Shown: piece after piece, positions 22,463-34,505 of the stretch
Layout of the letters: every line of letters begins with the position of its first letter
How positions within the stretch are numbered: the stretch's first letter is position 1
Source: Mobula hypostoma
Lineage: Eukaryota
Direction: 5' to 3'
Length of the DNA stretch: 64,000 nucleotides
Assembly (NCBI RefSeq): GCF_963921235.1
Contig: NC_086097.1
Location: 89,778,001-89,842,000, forward strand
Position numbers and translations under genes: made by a program
Notes under the pieces: generated by a model
What the model was told of the DNA's origin: nothing
Database searches by the model: none
Seen by the model: the letters and a program-made list of their open reading frames with translations, nothing else

Positions 22463-22829
22463 ACACTGAGGGATGCATCTATTACTCAATGCACAGTGCT
22501 GTGATAATAGTTCAAGTGATTAACAGGCAAGAAATCCATATTAGAGGCTATACAGACCCAAACTTAGTAGGGAAAAATTCCTCACAGACAGAAACTTCAA
22601 CAAATACAAGTTCAAAATTGTTTGTTCTATCAAGAGTTTTGAAACTGAATCATGACGAACTGTAGACGGCAAGCTCATACATGGCAAATTTATGCAAGAA
22701 TTATTCTCTGCTTAAAAATATTGGTTGATGGGTGAGTTTCAGCCATGGCATTAGGTAGAATAACCATACTCACAGGGTTTGAAGTATGAAAGAAAAGTAA
22801 CCAAAAAAGAAACCATTTCTGAAAAAAAT

Positions 22830-22960
22830 TCAACAGGTCAGGCAGCATCTGTGGAGAGGGAAACAGTTAACATCTCAAGTCAACAACTCTTTAGCAGAGC
22901 ATTCTGATGATGTGAAGTATTAACTCCCTCTACAGATGTTGCATGATTTGTTGGAAACTC
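22830..22960. mobile_element. Inverted pair of PLE termini
   Basis: caggtcaggcagcatctgtggagaggg (reverse terminus) facing ccctctacagatgttgcatgatttg (forward terminus). Confidence 0.65.
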
Positions 22961-23169
22961 CCTTGATCTTTATCTAACTCATACTCTGGGACTTTTCATA
23001 TACAGTGGGGTATAAAACTGGAGGTTATGCTTCCTGCAACGAGTAAACTTCAAATTGGCTGTAAAATGCTTTGTAATGACTGAGGTTACAAAAGGTGATA
23101 CTGTATATAATAGTAAACCTTTCTTTACATAAAATTGAAAGTGAAAAAGTTCAAATTCTTATGAATAAA

Positions 23170-23750
23170 CGTGAAAAAAAGGCTTTTGGCATGCTCATAT
23201 TTGTCAATCAGGGCATTGATTATGAAAGTTGGGCGGTCATGGTACAATTGCACAGGAAAGATGTAATTAAACTAGAAAGGGGTGCAGAAAAGATTCCAAG
23301 GATGCTGCCAGAACTCGGTGAGACTGGAGAGTTTGGACACACTAGGACTGTATTCTTTAAAATGTAGGAGAATGAGAGGTAATCTTGCAGAAGGGTATAA
23401 AACCATGAGGGATACAGATAGGGTGATTGCACTCAGCCTTTTTTCCCAAAAATTCGAGAATAAAGAACTAGAAGGCGTAGGTTTACGGCGAGAGGAGAAT
23501 GATTTAATAGGGATTTGAGGGGCAACTTTTTATTACATAAAAGGTGAATGCATCTGTAATGAGCTGTCAGAGGAAGTGGTTGAAGCAGGTACAATAACAA
23601 CTTTTAAAAGACAGTTGGACAGGTACATAGATTGGAAAAGTTTAGACGGCTATGGGACAAATGCTTGCAAACGGGACTAGCTTGGGTGGGGCATCTTAGT
23701 CAGCAGGTTTGCCCTAAAGGATCTGTTTCTGCACACTATGACTCCACGAG
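23170..23750 (+). mobile_element. CR1 3' fragment
   Basis: KKAFGML.F.NQGI.Y.SW, RKDVIKLER, RMLP, plus 3' UTR. Confidence 0.85.
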
Positions 23751-24599
23751 TTACAGGATATAGCATAGAATTTGATTCCAGACAATCTAACCTTGAGAGC
23801 TAATCGGGCTATTTCTTTAATCCCACTCCTATGTGACCTGCCTTGTTTAGGAGACCCTGACGGGGAATTCACCACAGCAGCTCAGGTCTTAGTTTGAGGA
23901 GCAATCCCCAGTAAAAAAAAAACTCATGAACTAGGTTCAGACTTTGTGACTGGTCACTGGAATTATGAGGCAGATGTTTGTAGCCTGACAAGCATTGGAT
24001 CCCTGGAGAGGCACTAAGAAAGGGATGAAAATAAAGATTTTCTTTCCCCTCTCTGTTTATTTATAGAGACAAAAATGTTGCAAGCTGTCCTCTTTGTCCG
24101 GAAAAGTTTTGACCAGATTACCCTGCTTGAAACCCAAGAAAGTGCTTTGTTTGAAACAAAGAGGCTTTTATCGTAGATCAGCCTCATCAAATCTGTGGTT
24201 CTCCTCCTAAGAAATCTCTGCACAAGAACTTCCCCGCTGTTCAGTGCCAGCACTGCGATGCTGGCCAAGCAGCATGAACAGCTCTGGTCACACTCCATTA
24301 ATCTAGCTTAGTGACTTCAGCTCAAGCAAAATTAATTAACAGAGTGTACTAAGGCCAGTCTGTGTGATTAATACAGGCCCATGAGTTTTATGTTCACTCA
24401 TCCGGGCTTCCAGTTCCCCCACACATATCAAACCCTCTGTTTTGGTCCATCCAATTACATAACCCAGTTTGCAAACTTTTTTAGCAATGCAAGCTGCAGT
24501 AGGTACCTCTGTAAGAATTTGCATTTGTGTAGCACTTTTAATGTGGCAAAATGAAGAGGATAGTGAACCAGGGCATATGATATTAGAACAAATTATTGC

Positions 24600-25450
24600 T
24601 ATTAGTTTATTATTGTCATAAGCACCGAGATACAGTGAAAGGCTTGTCTTGGATACCGTTCATGCAGATCAAATCATGCACTGAGGCAGAATAAAGTAAA
24701 ACAAGAACATTAGCAATACAGAATAAAGTGTAAATTTACAGAAAAGTGCAGAGCAGGTAAACAATAAAGTACAAGATCAGAATGAGATAAAGAATCAAGA
24801 ATCCATCAAGAGGTCCATCCAAAAGTCTGATAACAGTGGTATAGAAACGGTCTTTGAGCCTGGTTGTATGTGCTTTCAGGCTTTTGTATCTTCTACCCAA
24901 TGGGAAAGGAGAGAAGAGAGAATGTCTGGGGTTGACTGGGTCTTCGATTCTGCTGGCTGTTTTACTGAAGCAATGACAAGTATAGACTGGGTCCATATCG
25001 GGGAGGTTAGTTTCCATGTTGAGCTAAGCTACTCTTTGCAGTTTCTTGTAGCCATAGGGAGTGCAATTGCCCCAGCTAGCCCGATGTAGTCTGTTTTCTG
25101 TGATGCATCAATAAACGCTGGTAGGGGTCAAAATGGTCATGACAGCTTTCTTTAGTCTCCTGAGGAAGGAGAAGGGTTAGTAAGCTTCCTTGGCCATGAT
25201 ATCAGTATGGTTGGTACAGGAAAGGGTATTGGTAATGCTCTCTCTTAGGAACTAGAAGTTCTCAATCCTCTCAATCTCAACATCATTGATGGAGAGAGAA
25301 ACGCGTACACCGTCCTCTTCCTGAAGCCAACGAGCAACTGTTTTGTTTTGTTGACATTGACGGAAAGGTTGTTGGCATGACACAATGTCGGTAATCTGTC
25401 TATCTCTTTTCTGTACTCCAATTTGTTTGATATAAGGCCCCATGTGGTCA
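24600..25450 (-). mobile_element. Rex1/Babar 3' fragment
   Basis: NNLSVNVNKTKQL.V.FRK; HSLFSP.P.GRRYKSLKAHTTRLKD.FY. Confidence 0.85.
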
Positions 25451-25599
25451 AAGAACTATGATCAAACATGCACCGTAGAAAAGGTGGAAACTATAGAGCA
25501 TAAGCCAACCAGTTTATAGCATAGCCATCAACTTCCATCACTGGAAGAGAGCAGCGAAGGTGAAGAAAAGTGAAGATGTACAAAAGGCAAGAATTGGAG

Positions 25600-25721
25600 G
25601 AGAAACAAGAGAATGTGGATGTTGGAATTTGAAACAACAGACAATCTGCTAGAGAAGATCATGGGTCAGGTAGCATCTGTGGAGGGAAATAGTTTCAGGT
25701 CAAAGCCCTTCATCTGGACTA
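25600..25721 (-). mobile_element. PLE 3' terminal fragment
   Basis: Reverse strand agtcCAGATGAagggctttgacctGAAAct followed by cagatgctacctgacc. Confidence 0.7.
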
Positions 25722-25827
25722 ATTGAAGAATTGGAGGAGTGCAGTGCTCTCCATGAGCTTCATGGTAAGAATATATTGGAATATTCTTTACAGTCTGCTC
25801 TCCCACCGCTACCTAAGAAGGAATGTA

Positions 25828-26190
25828 CAATACTGTGCAGCAGTCTTAGGCATATGTAAAAAAAATCTATAAAGTGAAGGTGCTTTCAAAAATAAAGAAA
25901 TGAAAAGTTTGTAAATATCAAAAAATCTACTATAAAGAGCAGTAAATAGTAAGGAAACTAAACCAAATCAATATTTGGTGTTTTTATAAGAAAATTAGCT
26001 GGTAGGTTGCTCCAAGCATCTTGGAGAACTTGCCATAGTTTTTCTGCAGACCTTGGCTATCTCGTTTGCTTCTGCCTTTCCAGGTAATCCCAGCCAGCTT
26101 CGATGATGTTGACATCAGGGCTCTATGGAGGCCATACCATTTGAAACCATATAAAATATCCAGAGTGTCCAAGAATTTTGCACAGTACTG
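25828..26190 (-). mobile_element. Tc1 internal-deletion derivative (363 bp)
   Basis: TIRs CAATACTGTGCAGCAGTCTTAGGCA / TGTCCAAGAATTTTGCACAGTACTG, TA on left; retains WPP*SPDVNIIEAGWDYLER..LWQVLQDAWSNLP. Confidence 0.85.
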
Positions 26191-26384
26191 AACCTGCAAC
26201 AGAGGAAGTGTAGTGAAGATTCACCATATTGATTGCTGGGAAGGGGGAGATTCTAAACCCTGGGGTATATCGGCTGGGACTGCTTAATCTCCCCTCATGT
26301 GACCATCCCGCCATCTCAGGCATCAATCCAGTGAACGTTTGCTACATCTTCTCTTTTGCAAGCATATCAGCCTTTTGGTAGGGA

Positions 26385-28118
26385 GATTTTGAGCATGTGG
26401 ATATTAAGAAAGAGGATGTGCTGGAGCTTTTGGAAAGCATCAAGTTGGATAAGTTGTCGGGACCGGATAAGGTGTACCCCAGGCTACTGTGGGAGGCGAG
26501 GGAGGGTATTGCTGAGCCTCTGGTGATGATCTTTGAATCATGAATGGGGACAGGAGAGGTTCCGGAGGATTGGAGGGTTGCGGATGTTGTTCTTTTATTC
26601 AAGAAGGGGAGTAGAGATAGCCCAGGAAATTATAGACCAGTGGGTCTTACTTCAGTGGTAGGTAAGTTGATGGAGAAGATCCTGAGAGGCAGGATTTATG
26701 AACATTTGGAAAGGAATAATATGATTAGGAATAGTCAGAATGGCTTTGTCAAGGGCAGGTCATGCCTTACGAGCCTAATTGAATTTTTTGAGGATGTGAC
26801 TGAATACATTGATAAAGGAAGAGTAGTAGATGTAGTGTATATGGATTTCAGCAAGGCATTTGATAAGGTACCCCACGCCAGGCTTATTGAGAAAGTAAGG
26901 AGGCATAGGATCCAAGGGGACATTGCTTTGTGGATCCAGAACTGGCTTGCCCACAGAAAGCAAAGAGTGGTTGTAGATGGGTTATATTCTACATGGAGGT
27001 CAGTGACCAGTGGTGTGCCTCAGGGATCTGTTCTGGAACCCTTACTCTTTGTGATTTTTATAAATGACCTGGATGAGGAAGTGGAGGGATGGGTTAGTAA
27101 GTTTGCTGATGACACAAAGGTTGGGGGTGTTGTGGATTGTGTGGAGGGCTGTCAGAGGTTACAGCGGGACATTGCTAAGATGCAAATCTGAGCTGAGAAG
27201 TGGCAGGTGGAGTTCAACCCAAATAAGTGTGAAGTGGAAACAACAGGAATTCTGCAGATGCTGGAAATTCAAGCAACACACATCAAAGTTGCTGGTGAAC
27301 GCAGCAGGCCAAGCAGCATCTATAGGAAGAGGCGCAGTCGACGTTTCAGGCCGAGACCTATGATGGCAGAATATAGTATTAATGGTAAGTCTCTTAGCAG
27401 CGTGGAGGATCAGAGGGATCTTGGGGTCTGAGTCCATAGGACGCTCAAAGCAGCTGTGCAGGTTGATGCTGTGGTTAAGAAGGCATACCGTGTATTGGCC
27501 ATCATTAATCACAGAATTGAATTTAGGAGCTAAGAGGTAATGTTGCAGCTATATAGGACCCTGGTCAGACCCCACTTGGAGTACTGTGCTCATTTCTGGT
27601 CGCCTCACTACAGGAAGGATGTGGAAGCCATAGAAAGGGTGCAGAGGAGATTTACAAGGATGTTGCCTGGATTGGAGAGCATGCCTTATGAAGACAGGTT
27701 GGGTGAACTCGGCCTTTACTCCTTGGAGCGACGGAGGATGAGAGGTGACCTGATAGAGGTGTGTAAGATGATCGGAGACATTGATCATGTGGATAGTCAG
27801 AGGTTTTTCCCAGGGCTGAAATGATTGCCACAAGAGGACACAGGTTTAAGGTGCTGGGGAGTAGGTACAGAGGAGACGCCAGGGGTAAGTTTTTTACTCA
27901 GAGAGTGGTGAGTGTGTGGAATGGGCTGCCGGCAACGGTGGTGGAGGTGGTTACGATAGGGTCTTTTAAGAGACTTTTGGATAGGTACATGGAGCTTAGA
28001 AAAATAGAGGGCTATTGAGAAGTCTAGTAATTTCTAGGGTAGGGACATGTTCAGCACAACTTTATGGGCTGAAGGGCCTGTATTGTGCTGTAGGTTTTCT
28101 ATGTTTCTATGTTTCTAT
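26385..28118 (+). mobile_element. CR1 RT domain + 3' end, with stops
   Basis: ORF 26544-27191 (NYRPV.LTS, YMDFSKAFDKV, GVPQGSVL, KFADDTK); (TTTCTATG)n tail. Confidence 0.97.
27237..27358 (-). mobile_element. PLE terminal fragment inserted in CR1
   Basis: Reverse strand ggtctcggcctGAAACGTCgactg...gatgctgcttggcctgctgcgttcaccagc; splits CR1 KCEV|MAEY. Confidence 0.85.
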
Positions 28119-29869
28119 GAGATGAGATCTGTGAATCCACCTTGACCCCATGTAACTTGAATAAGGCATTTATATTCCTGTAGTATATACTTTCATAGCA
28201 CTTGACTTCCTCAGTGTTTGCTGTATGTGCACATTAGTGGTCTGGGATTTCTCGCAGGCGAAGACAAGCTGGTGCACAGAGCAATATAAAAGAGGTATTC
28301 GTGTACAAGTACCTCTAGATTCATCTGAACATGACACTTTTCTATTTCCCATGTACTGAAAAATACTCTGCCTTTCTGTTTTTTGGAAATAATGCTGAAG
28401 AATGGTGCTTGTGACAAACACGAAGAGATAGCTTTTTGGCCTCTCAGATATATAGTTGAAGGAAATGTGTGCTAGAAATGGAACAAGCAGCACAACAAAT
28501 CATGATACATACTGAGGGAGGTTATAATTGCTTCAGCCATGTTAAACCCCATTCATGGCAACCTTCTGCATTAGCAAATTATATTGTATCTCATCCCCCG
28601 TCTTCAATTATAACCCTATCTTTCAATTAAGCCCTGATCCAGGTGAAAACCGGTATCAGAAAGAAAATGGTCACCTCTCATCATCTCCCCTCTATCCCAT
28701 CCCCATCATCACAGAAAGAGAGTGAAAGGAACAGGTTAAAATTATTCATCCTTGTTGAGTAGTAAGACTACGCTGTTGTCAGCAACCTTGGCCCGTTGAT
28801 AAGATCTTGGCACCAGTCCTGGAATCAGTGGTAACCTTTAGTTTGTTTTTATTTACTTTTTGACTCTGTTTCTTCGCTGTGCATTACATTAACCATTGCA
28901 TTGCTCTAGCGCTTTGTGGCTATCTGGTGCCATTCCAGTAGAATTATTCCAGGCTTTCCTGAGACTGCTGCACAGAGAAAGATCATACATATACCAAGCA
29001 AAATAATGGCTAACATTTCATTTCAGCTATTAGTCCTTTCAAGGCCACAGAACAAAAAGGGAGGTTTCTCATCCCAGGCTGAGTGAAAGAAGTGGAATTG
29101 GCCAAGATTCCTGCCCCCCATTGATTCCTGATAGGCATGTGTGCCCAGAAACTTTGGGGAAGGGGTGGCTAGCAACAAACTCCCCAGGTTATTCTGGCTG
29201 TCAACGCTCAAGCAAGCTAAAGGGCCCATGCCCAATACTAATCAATGCCTTCACTGTCACCCATTAGTAGTTCACACCTACCTTCATGGAGCAGAAGACA
29301 TTGAGCTTAAGAACCACTCCAGAGACCTAGGCACTACTAGAGGTACTATCTTCCAGATAACAGGTCCCCACTGCTTGGAAGAGCCCAGAACCCCTGCTCA
29401 ACATCTATTTCTCAATAGTTCAACAGGTCATCTGCTCAATAGAATGAATAGGTATCTTGACGGGCACAGATGATTTGGGCTGAATGGCCTGTTTCTATGC
29501 TGAATAACTCTATGAATCTCATTGTTGTGGGATTGGCCAGGACTTTTTATATTGCTATAATGACAACACTTCCAAGGGGAAGTCCTGAGGGAGCTAGGAG
29601 TGATATATTCTTCCTTGTATCAAAAGAAATTAGGAAGTTGTCATTTTCCAGGTGGCTTCCAAAGGTTCACCTCTAGAGCCATCTCTGCCACTTAGCACCT
29701 CAGTCATCTGCCTGGCTTGGAATCACAAGCCTTGCAGGGAATTGCAGAGGGGCGTGAGATTGTGGTGACCTCCACTATGCCTATAGTTCTCACTGCCTCA
29801 GTAAAGAGGCCAGCATAGTCAAACAACCCACCCAGCTTAGACATTCTCTTTTCTTCCTTCTTCCCTGAA

Positions 29870-30290
29870 GCAGGCTTGTATACTCTGGAATTTAGAAGGC
29901 TGAGAGGGGATCTTATTGAAACATATAAGATTATTAAGGGATTGGACACGCTGGAGGCAGGAAGCATGTTCCCGCTGATGGGTGAGTCCGGAACCAGAGG
30001 CCACAGTTTAAGAATAAGGGGTAGACCATTTAGAACGGAGTTGAGGAAAAACTTTTTCACCTAGAGAGTGGTGGATATATGAAATGCTCTGCCCCAGAAG
30101 GCTGTGGAGGCCAAGTCTCTGGATGCTTTCAAGAAAGAGATGGATAGAGCTCTTAAAGATAGCGGAATGAAAGGTTATGGGGATAAGGCAGAAACTGGAT
30201 ACTGATTGTGGATGATCAGCCATGATCACAGTGAATGACGGTGCTGGCTCGAAGGGCCAAATGGCCTACTCCTGCACCTATTGTCTATTG
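29870..30290 (+). mobile_element. CR1 3' fragment, same subfamily as 21060-21746
   Basis: YTLEFRRLRGDLIETYKIIKGLDTLEAG; near-identical 3' UTR. Confidence 0.92.
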
Positions 30291-30489
30291 AAACAAAAGA
30301 TACAAAAGCCAGAAAGCACATTCCACAAGGCTCAAGGACAGCTTCTATCCTACTGTTATAAGACTATTGAATGAGTACCTAGCACAATAAGATGGAATCT
30401 TTACCTCACAACCAAACTTTTGATCTAACACCGTATTGTCTACCTGCACTGCACTTTCTCTGCAGCTGCTGCACTTTATTTATTTATAT

Positions 30490-30741
30490 TTATTTATTGA
30501 GACACAATGCAGTATAGGCCAATCCGGCCCCTTTGAGCCACACCATCCAGCAACCCCCCGATTTAATCCTAGCCTCATCACAGGACAATTTATAATGACA
30601 AATTAACCTACCAACCAAAATACTCAGAGGAAACCCACACAGTCACGGGGAGAATATACAAACACCTCACAGACAGCATTGGGAATTGAACCCGGGTCGC
30701 CTGTACTGTAAGGTGTTGTGCTAACCACTACACTACCGTGC
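30490..30741 (-). mobile_element. V-SINE/HE1-like SINE
   Basis: Minus strand: gcacggtagtgtagtggttagcac, B box gggttcaattccc, V-domain, AATAAA-rich tail; ctttatt repeated at both ends. Confidence 0.8.
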
Positions 30742-31139
30742 TTTATTCTGCATTGTTATTGCTTTACCTTGTTCTGCCTCAATGCACTGTGTAATGATCT
30801 GATCTGTATGAACAGTGTATAAGGCAAGCTTTTCCCTTTCTCTTGGTACATGTAACAATTACAATTCCAAATGCAATTTAACTATAAAAAGGGTTAAATG
30901 AAGAGTATGCTGCAACAGTTGATTCATGGGTGAGAGAGGACGATATCTAACCACAATTATGTTCAATGATAGTCCATAGTCTCAGTTAATGTTTACCTGT
31001 TGAGCTCGGGACAGTTTGTTCCAAACAATGTGGATTCAAGGAAGTTCTGTGCTTATGAGTTGTCAGAAGAACTTTAAATAATTAGGATCTTATCAGAAGT
31101 AACCCTGCTCTCACATGTACAAGTAAACTTACTTCACAA

Positions 31140-32645
31140 ACACACACACACGTCCACACACACACAGTGCTGGAGGAACTCAGCAGGTCAGGTAGTATCT
31201 ATGGATGAGAATATACAGTTGATATTTCCGGCCTAGGTCCTTCATCAGGACTGGAAATGAAGGAAGAAGATACCACTGGGGTAGGGGCGGGGATGGTGGG
31301 GGAGCGAGAGGGGAAGGAGCACATGTTAGAAGGTGATAGGTGAAGGCAAGTGGGTGGGGGAGGAGGGAAATTAATGTGATGGGTGGAAAATGTAAAGGGA
31401 TAGAGAAGAAAGAATTTGATAGGACAGGAGTGTGGTCCATGGGAGAAAGGGAAGGAGGATGGGCTCCAGGGGAGGTGATAGGCTGGTAAAAAGAAGAGGT
31501 AAGAGGGAGCACGTGTGGGGAAATGAAGGGGAGGGAAAATTCTAGAAGTTGGCGAAATCGATGTTCATGCTATCAGGTTGGAGACTATCTAGACAGAATG
31601 TAAGGTACTGCTCCTCGACCTGAGAGTGGCCTTATCAAGGCAGAAGAGGAGACCATGGACTGGCATGTGAGAATGGGAATGATGATTGGACTTGAAATGA
31701 TTGGCCACTGGGAAATACTGCTTTTCGTAGATGGAGAGGAGGTGCCTGATGAAGCGGTCTCCTATTTACAATTGGTCTCAGCAATGTGGAGGAAACTACA
31801 TCGAGAGCACGCAATACAGATGACCTCAATAGATTCACAGGTGAAGGGTTGCCTCATGTGGAAGGACTGTTTGGGGCCCTGAATGGAGGTGAGGATGGAG
31901 GTGACTGGGCAGGTATAGCACTTCTTACATTTGCAGGGATAAATGCCAGGAGGAAAATTAGTGGGGAGGGATGAATGGACAAGGGAATCACGAAGGGAGC
32001 GATCCCTGCAGAAAACAGAGAGATGGCGGGGGGCTAGATAATGATGTGTTTGGTGGTAGGGCCCCATCGATGATGGTGGAATTTACAGAGAATGATGTGT
32101 TGGATGCAGAGGCTCATGGAATGGTAGCTGAGGACAAGAGGAATTCTATCCCTTTAAGGTGGCAGGAAGATGGGCTGAGGGTGGTTGTCTGGCAAATGGA
32201 GGAGATGCAGGTGAGGGAAGCATCAATAGTGGAGGAAGGGAAACCCTGTACTTTGAAGGAGGTTATTTCTGAAGTCCTGCAAAGGAGAGCCTCAGCCTAA
32301 GACAAAATGTGGCAGAGGCAAAAGAACTAAGAAAGGGGAGTAGTATTTTTACAGGAGACAGGAAGGGAAGAGGTATAGTCAAGATAGCCATGGAAATCAG
32401 TAGGTTTATACAAGATATTGTAGACAGCTTGTCTCCAGAGATGGAAATAGAGAGATAAAGGAAGGGGAGAGAGGTGGCTGAAATTTGCCCAAGTGAATTT
32501 AAGGGCAGGGAGGAAGTTGGAGGCAAAGTTCATGAAATTGACAAGCTTAGCATAGGTAGAGGAAGCAGCACCAATACAGTGGTCAACATAATGCAGAAAG
32601 AGTAGGGAAACATTGCCAAGGAAGGCTTGGAAAATGGAATGTTCC
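31140..32645 (-). mobile_element. Penelope-like element, RT C-terminus + GIY-YIG endonuclease + 3' repeat
   Basis: ALKFTW, YKPTD.HGYLDYTSS.PVSCKN, FCRDRSLRDSLVHS, C..KKC.TC, GPKQSF..RQ.FTCES..V.CI.CSRC..L.I.ET, EEQYL. Confidence 0.95.
31216..31253 (-). ncRNA. Minimal type I hammerhead ribozyme motif (PLE-associated, partly decayed)
   Basis: Minus strand CAGTC CTGATGA AGGACCTAGGCCG GAAAT ATC AACTG: stem I CAGT/ACTG, core CUGAUGA and GAAA, NUH triplet AUC. Confidence 0.7.
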
Positions 32646-32719
32646 CATATACATCATTGTTTGTCATTTTTCCTTAAGTTCTTATATTTTTCCCAGGATA
32701 GCAATAGCCAATACCCATA

Positions 32720-32985
32720 GTCATCTGTTTAATGAGAGAGGAGAACATTTTAAGGGAGATGTCAGAGGCAGGCTTTTCATAGAGAGAGGTGGATGCCTGA
32801 AATGCACTGCTGTGGTTGATGGTAGGGGCTGATAGAATAGACACTTAGATAGACATGCGGATGTTAAAATAACGAAGGGTTAAACTGACCTTGATTCTGA
32901 TTCTGATGGTGTTTATATCAGCCACACAACGTTGTAGACTGAACGGTTGTACTGTGCTAAACTGTTCTGTGTTCTATGTTCCATC
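32720..32985 (+). mobile_element. CR1 3' end, degraded
   Basis: ttaagggagatgtcagaggcagg...gtactgtgctaaactgttctgtgttctatgttc. Confidence 0.75.
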
Positions 32986-33154
32986 CTCATTCCCTCAGCC
33001 TGCATGCATACTGGGAAACAACTGTGTAAATTTGACACACTGTTTTTGTAGCACTCTCTGCCCCTAGTGTTAGTATGTGACATGTTGTCATTGAAAGTCT
33101 ATGTTCTGTGTGTTTCTATGTACTCAGCCTAATCCACGGTACAGGTATTTCATA

Positions 33155-33730
33155 AGTTAGTTACTACCTATTACACCACTGGCGTTTAGGGCAGCAGTGA
33201 AAGTCCTCCATCTCTGACTGTCCTTGGCCATCTTCTCTATTGTGCCCCAGGTGTGGTTCAGGGTACGGTGCCTCTACAGTACGGTACCAAATCGTCTTCG
33301 GTCTTCTCTGTTTCCTCCACTCTTCAGGAATCCAATGAGGTTCTGTCTTGATGATGGAGTTAGTCTCTCTTCTCATCACGTTCCCAGTTCATCTCCAACA
33401 TTTCCTCATGATGATTGTGGCCATGTCTTCTTGGTGACATTGAAGGAGTAGGGTGTGGTTGGAGATCTTTCTTGGCCAGAAAGTATGGAGCATCTTCCAG
33501 AGGCTCATGGTGTGGAGTGACAACAGCTTGGCAAGAGTGTGGACAGAACACAGCTCCGGTACAGCTTCACCTTGAAGCGTATGCTGCAATTGGTTGATCC
33601 CTAAATGTTGGTCATTGACATTTCTGAGGACATTTCTAGCTTTGCTGAGTCTGCCCTGGATGTTGTCCTTGGCCCCACCGTCCTGCCGAATGATACTGCC
33701 CTGGTAGGTGAATCTGCCAGTGGTGAGTAA
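33155..33730 (-). mobile_element. RTE-clade LINE 3' fragment
   Basis: FTY.GSII..DGG...I..RL.KAR; IFWP.KISN-like; W.P...R...RPK..W.RTVE; terminal ccctaaacgccagtggtgtaatagg. Confidence 0.8.
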
Positions 33731-34179
33731 GTCCACAAATCCACTGTAGGTACTATTCAAAACAGGGCACTCTCACGAGCGCACAACGTAAAGGGTGAAA
33801 GTCAGTACTCAAACTAGCCTGGGTTATCTAACAAATCCATTGCACTGCTGCTGGTGCTGTTTAATAGATAGATGCCAACTTACTTCCATTTTCTCATACA
33901 ACATTAAATGAAGTTCTCATGAACTATGTGGTATCCCATGGATGTGACAGGTATAATATATATCCAAGTATAATTTCTGCAAAATGTTAGCTACTCAATG
34001 GATCGTGCCGGATCGATACCTGTAATTAGGGAGAAAATTTTTAAAAATCAAATGCACTTCAGTCAAGTTCACACAAAGCTTGAGTTTTAATGTACATGAA
34101 GCTAACTGGGTGATGGAAGAGGAGAGGCTGAGCAAAACAGGAGGAAGGAAAAATAACAAGGGGAAAAGATTATGATCAA

Positions 34180-34505
34180 AGTTCAAAAGTAAATTTTATT
34201 ATCAAAGTAAACATCCATCTCCACATACAACCCTGGGGTTCATTTTCCTGCAGGCATACTTGGCAAATCTATAGTAACTATAGTAAAAAATAGTAACTAT
34301 AATAGGATCAATGAAAGATCACATAAATTGCAGATGACAACTAACTGTGCAAATGCAAATATAAATAAATAGCAGTAAATACCAAGAACATGAAATAACA
34401 AGATAAAGAGCCCTTAAAGTGAGATCATTGGTTGTGGGAACATCTCAGTCGACGGACAAGTGAGTGTAGTTATCCCCTTTTGTTCAAGAGCCTGATGATT
34501 GTGGG
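34180..34505 (-). mobile_element. Rex1/Babar 3' UTR fragment (family of 37465-40900)
   Basis: aaagttcaaaagtaaattttattatcaaagta...cttttgttcaagagcctgatg is the reverse of 40520-40900. Confidence 0.75.

Larger units (their letters stand above)
29790..30870 (+). mobile_element. Rex1/Babar 3' fragment hosting a CR1 and a V-SINE
   Basis: gcctcagtaaagaggccagcatagtcaaa..cccacc resumes at ~30300 with RYKS.KA..TRLKDSFYP. Confidence 0.75.

Noticed and set aside
24014..24298. 94-aa minus-strand ORF as a host gene
   Set aside because: No recognisable homology and no clear splice sites.
31277..31302. G-quadruplex-like run
   Set aside because: Part of the ordinary G-rich strand of the PLE 3' region; no evidence of specific function.
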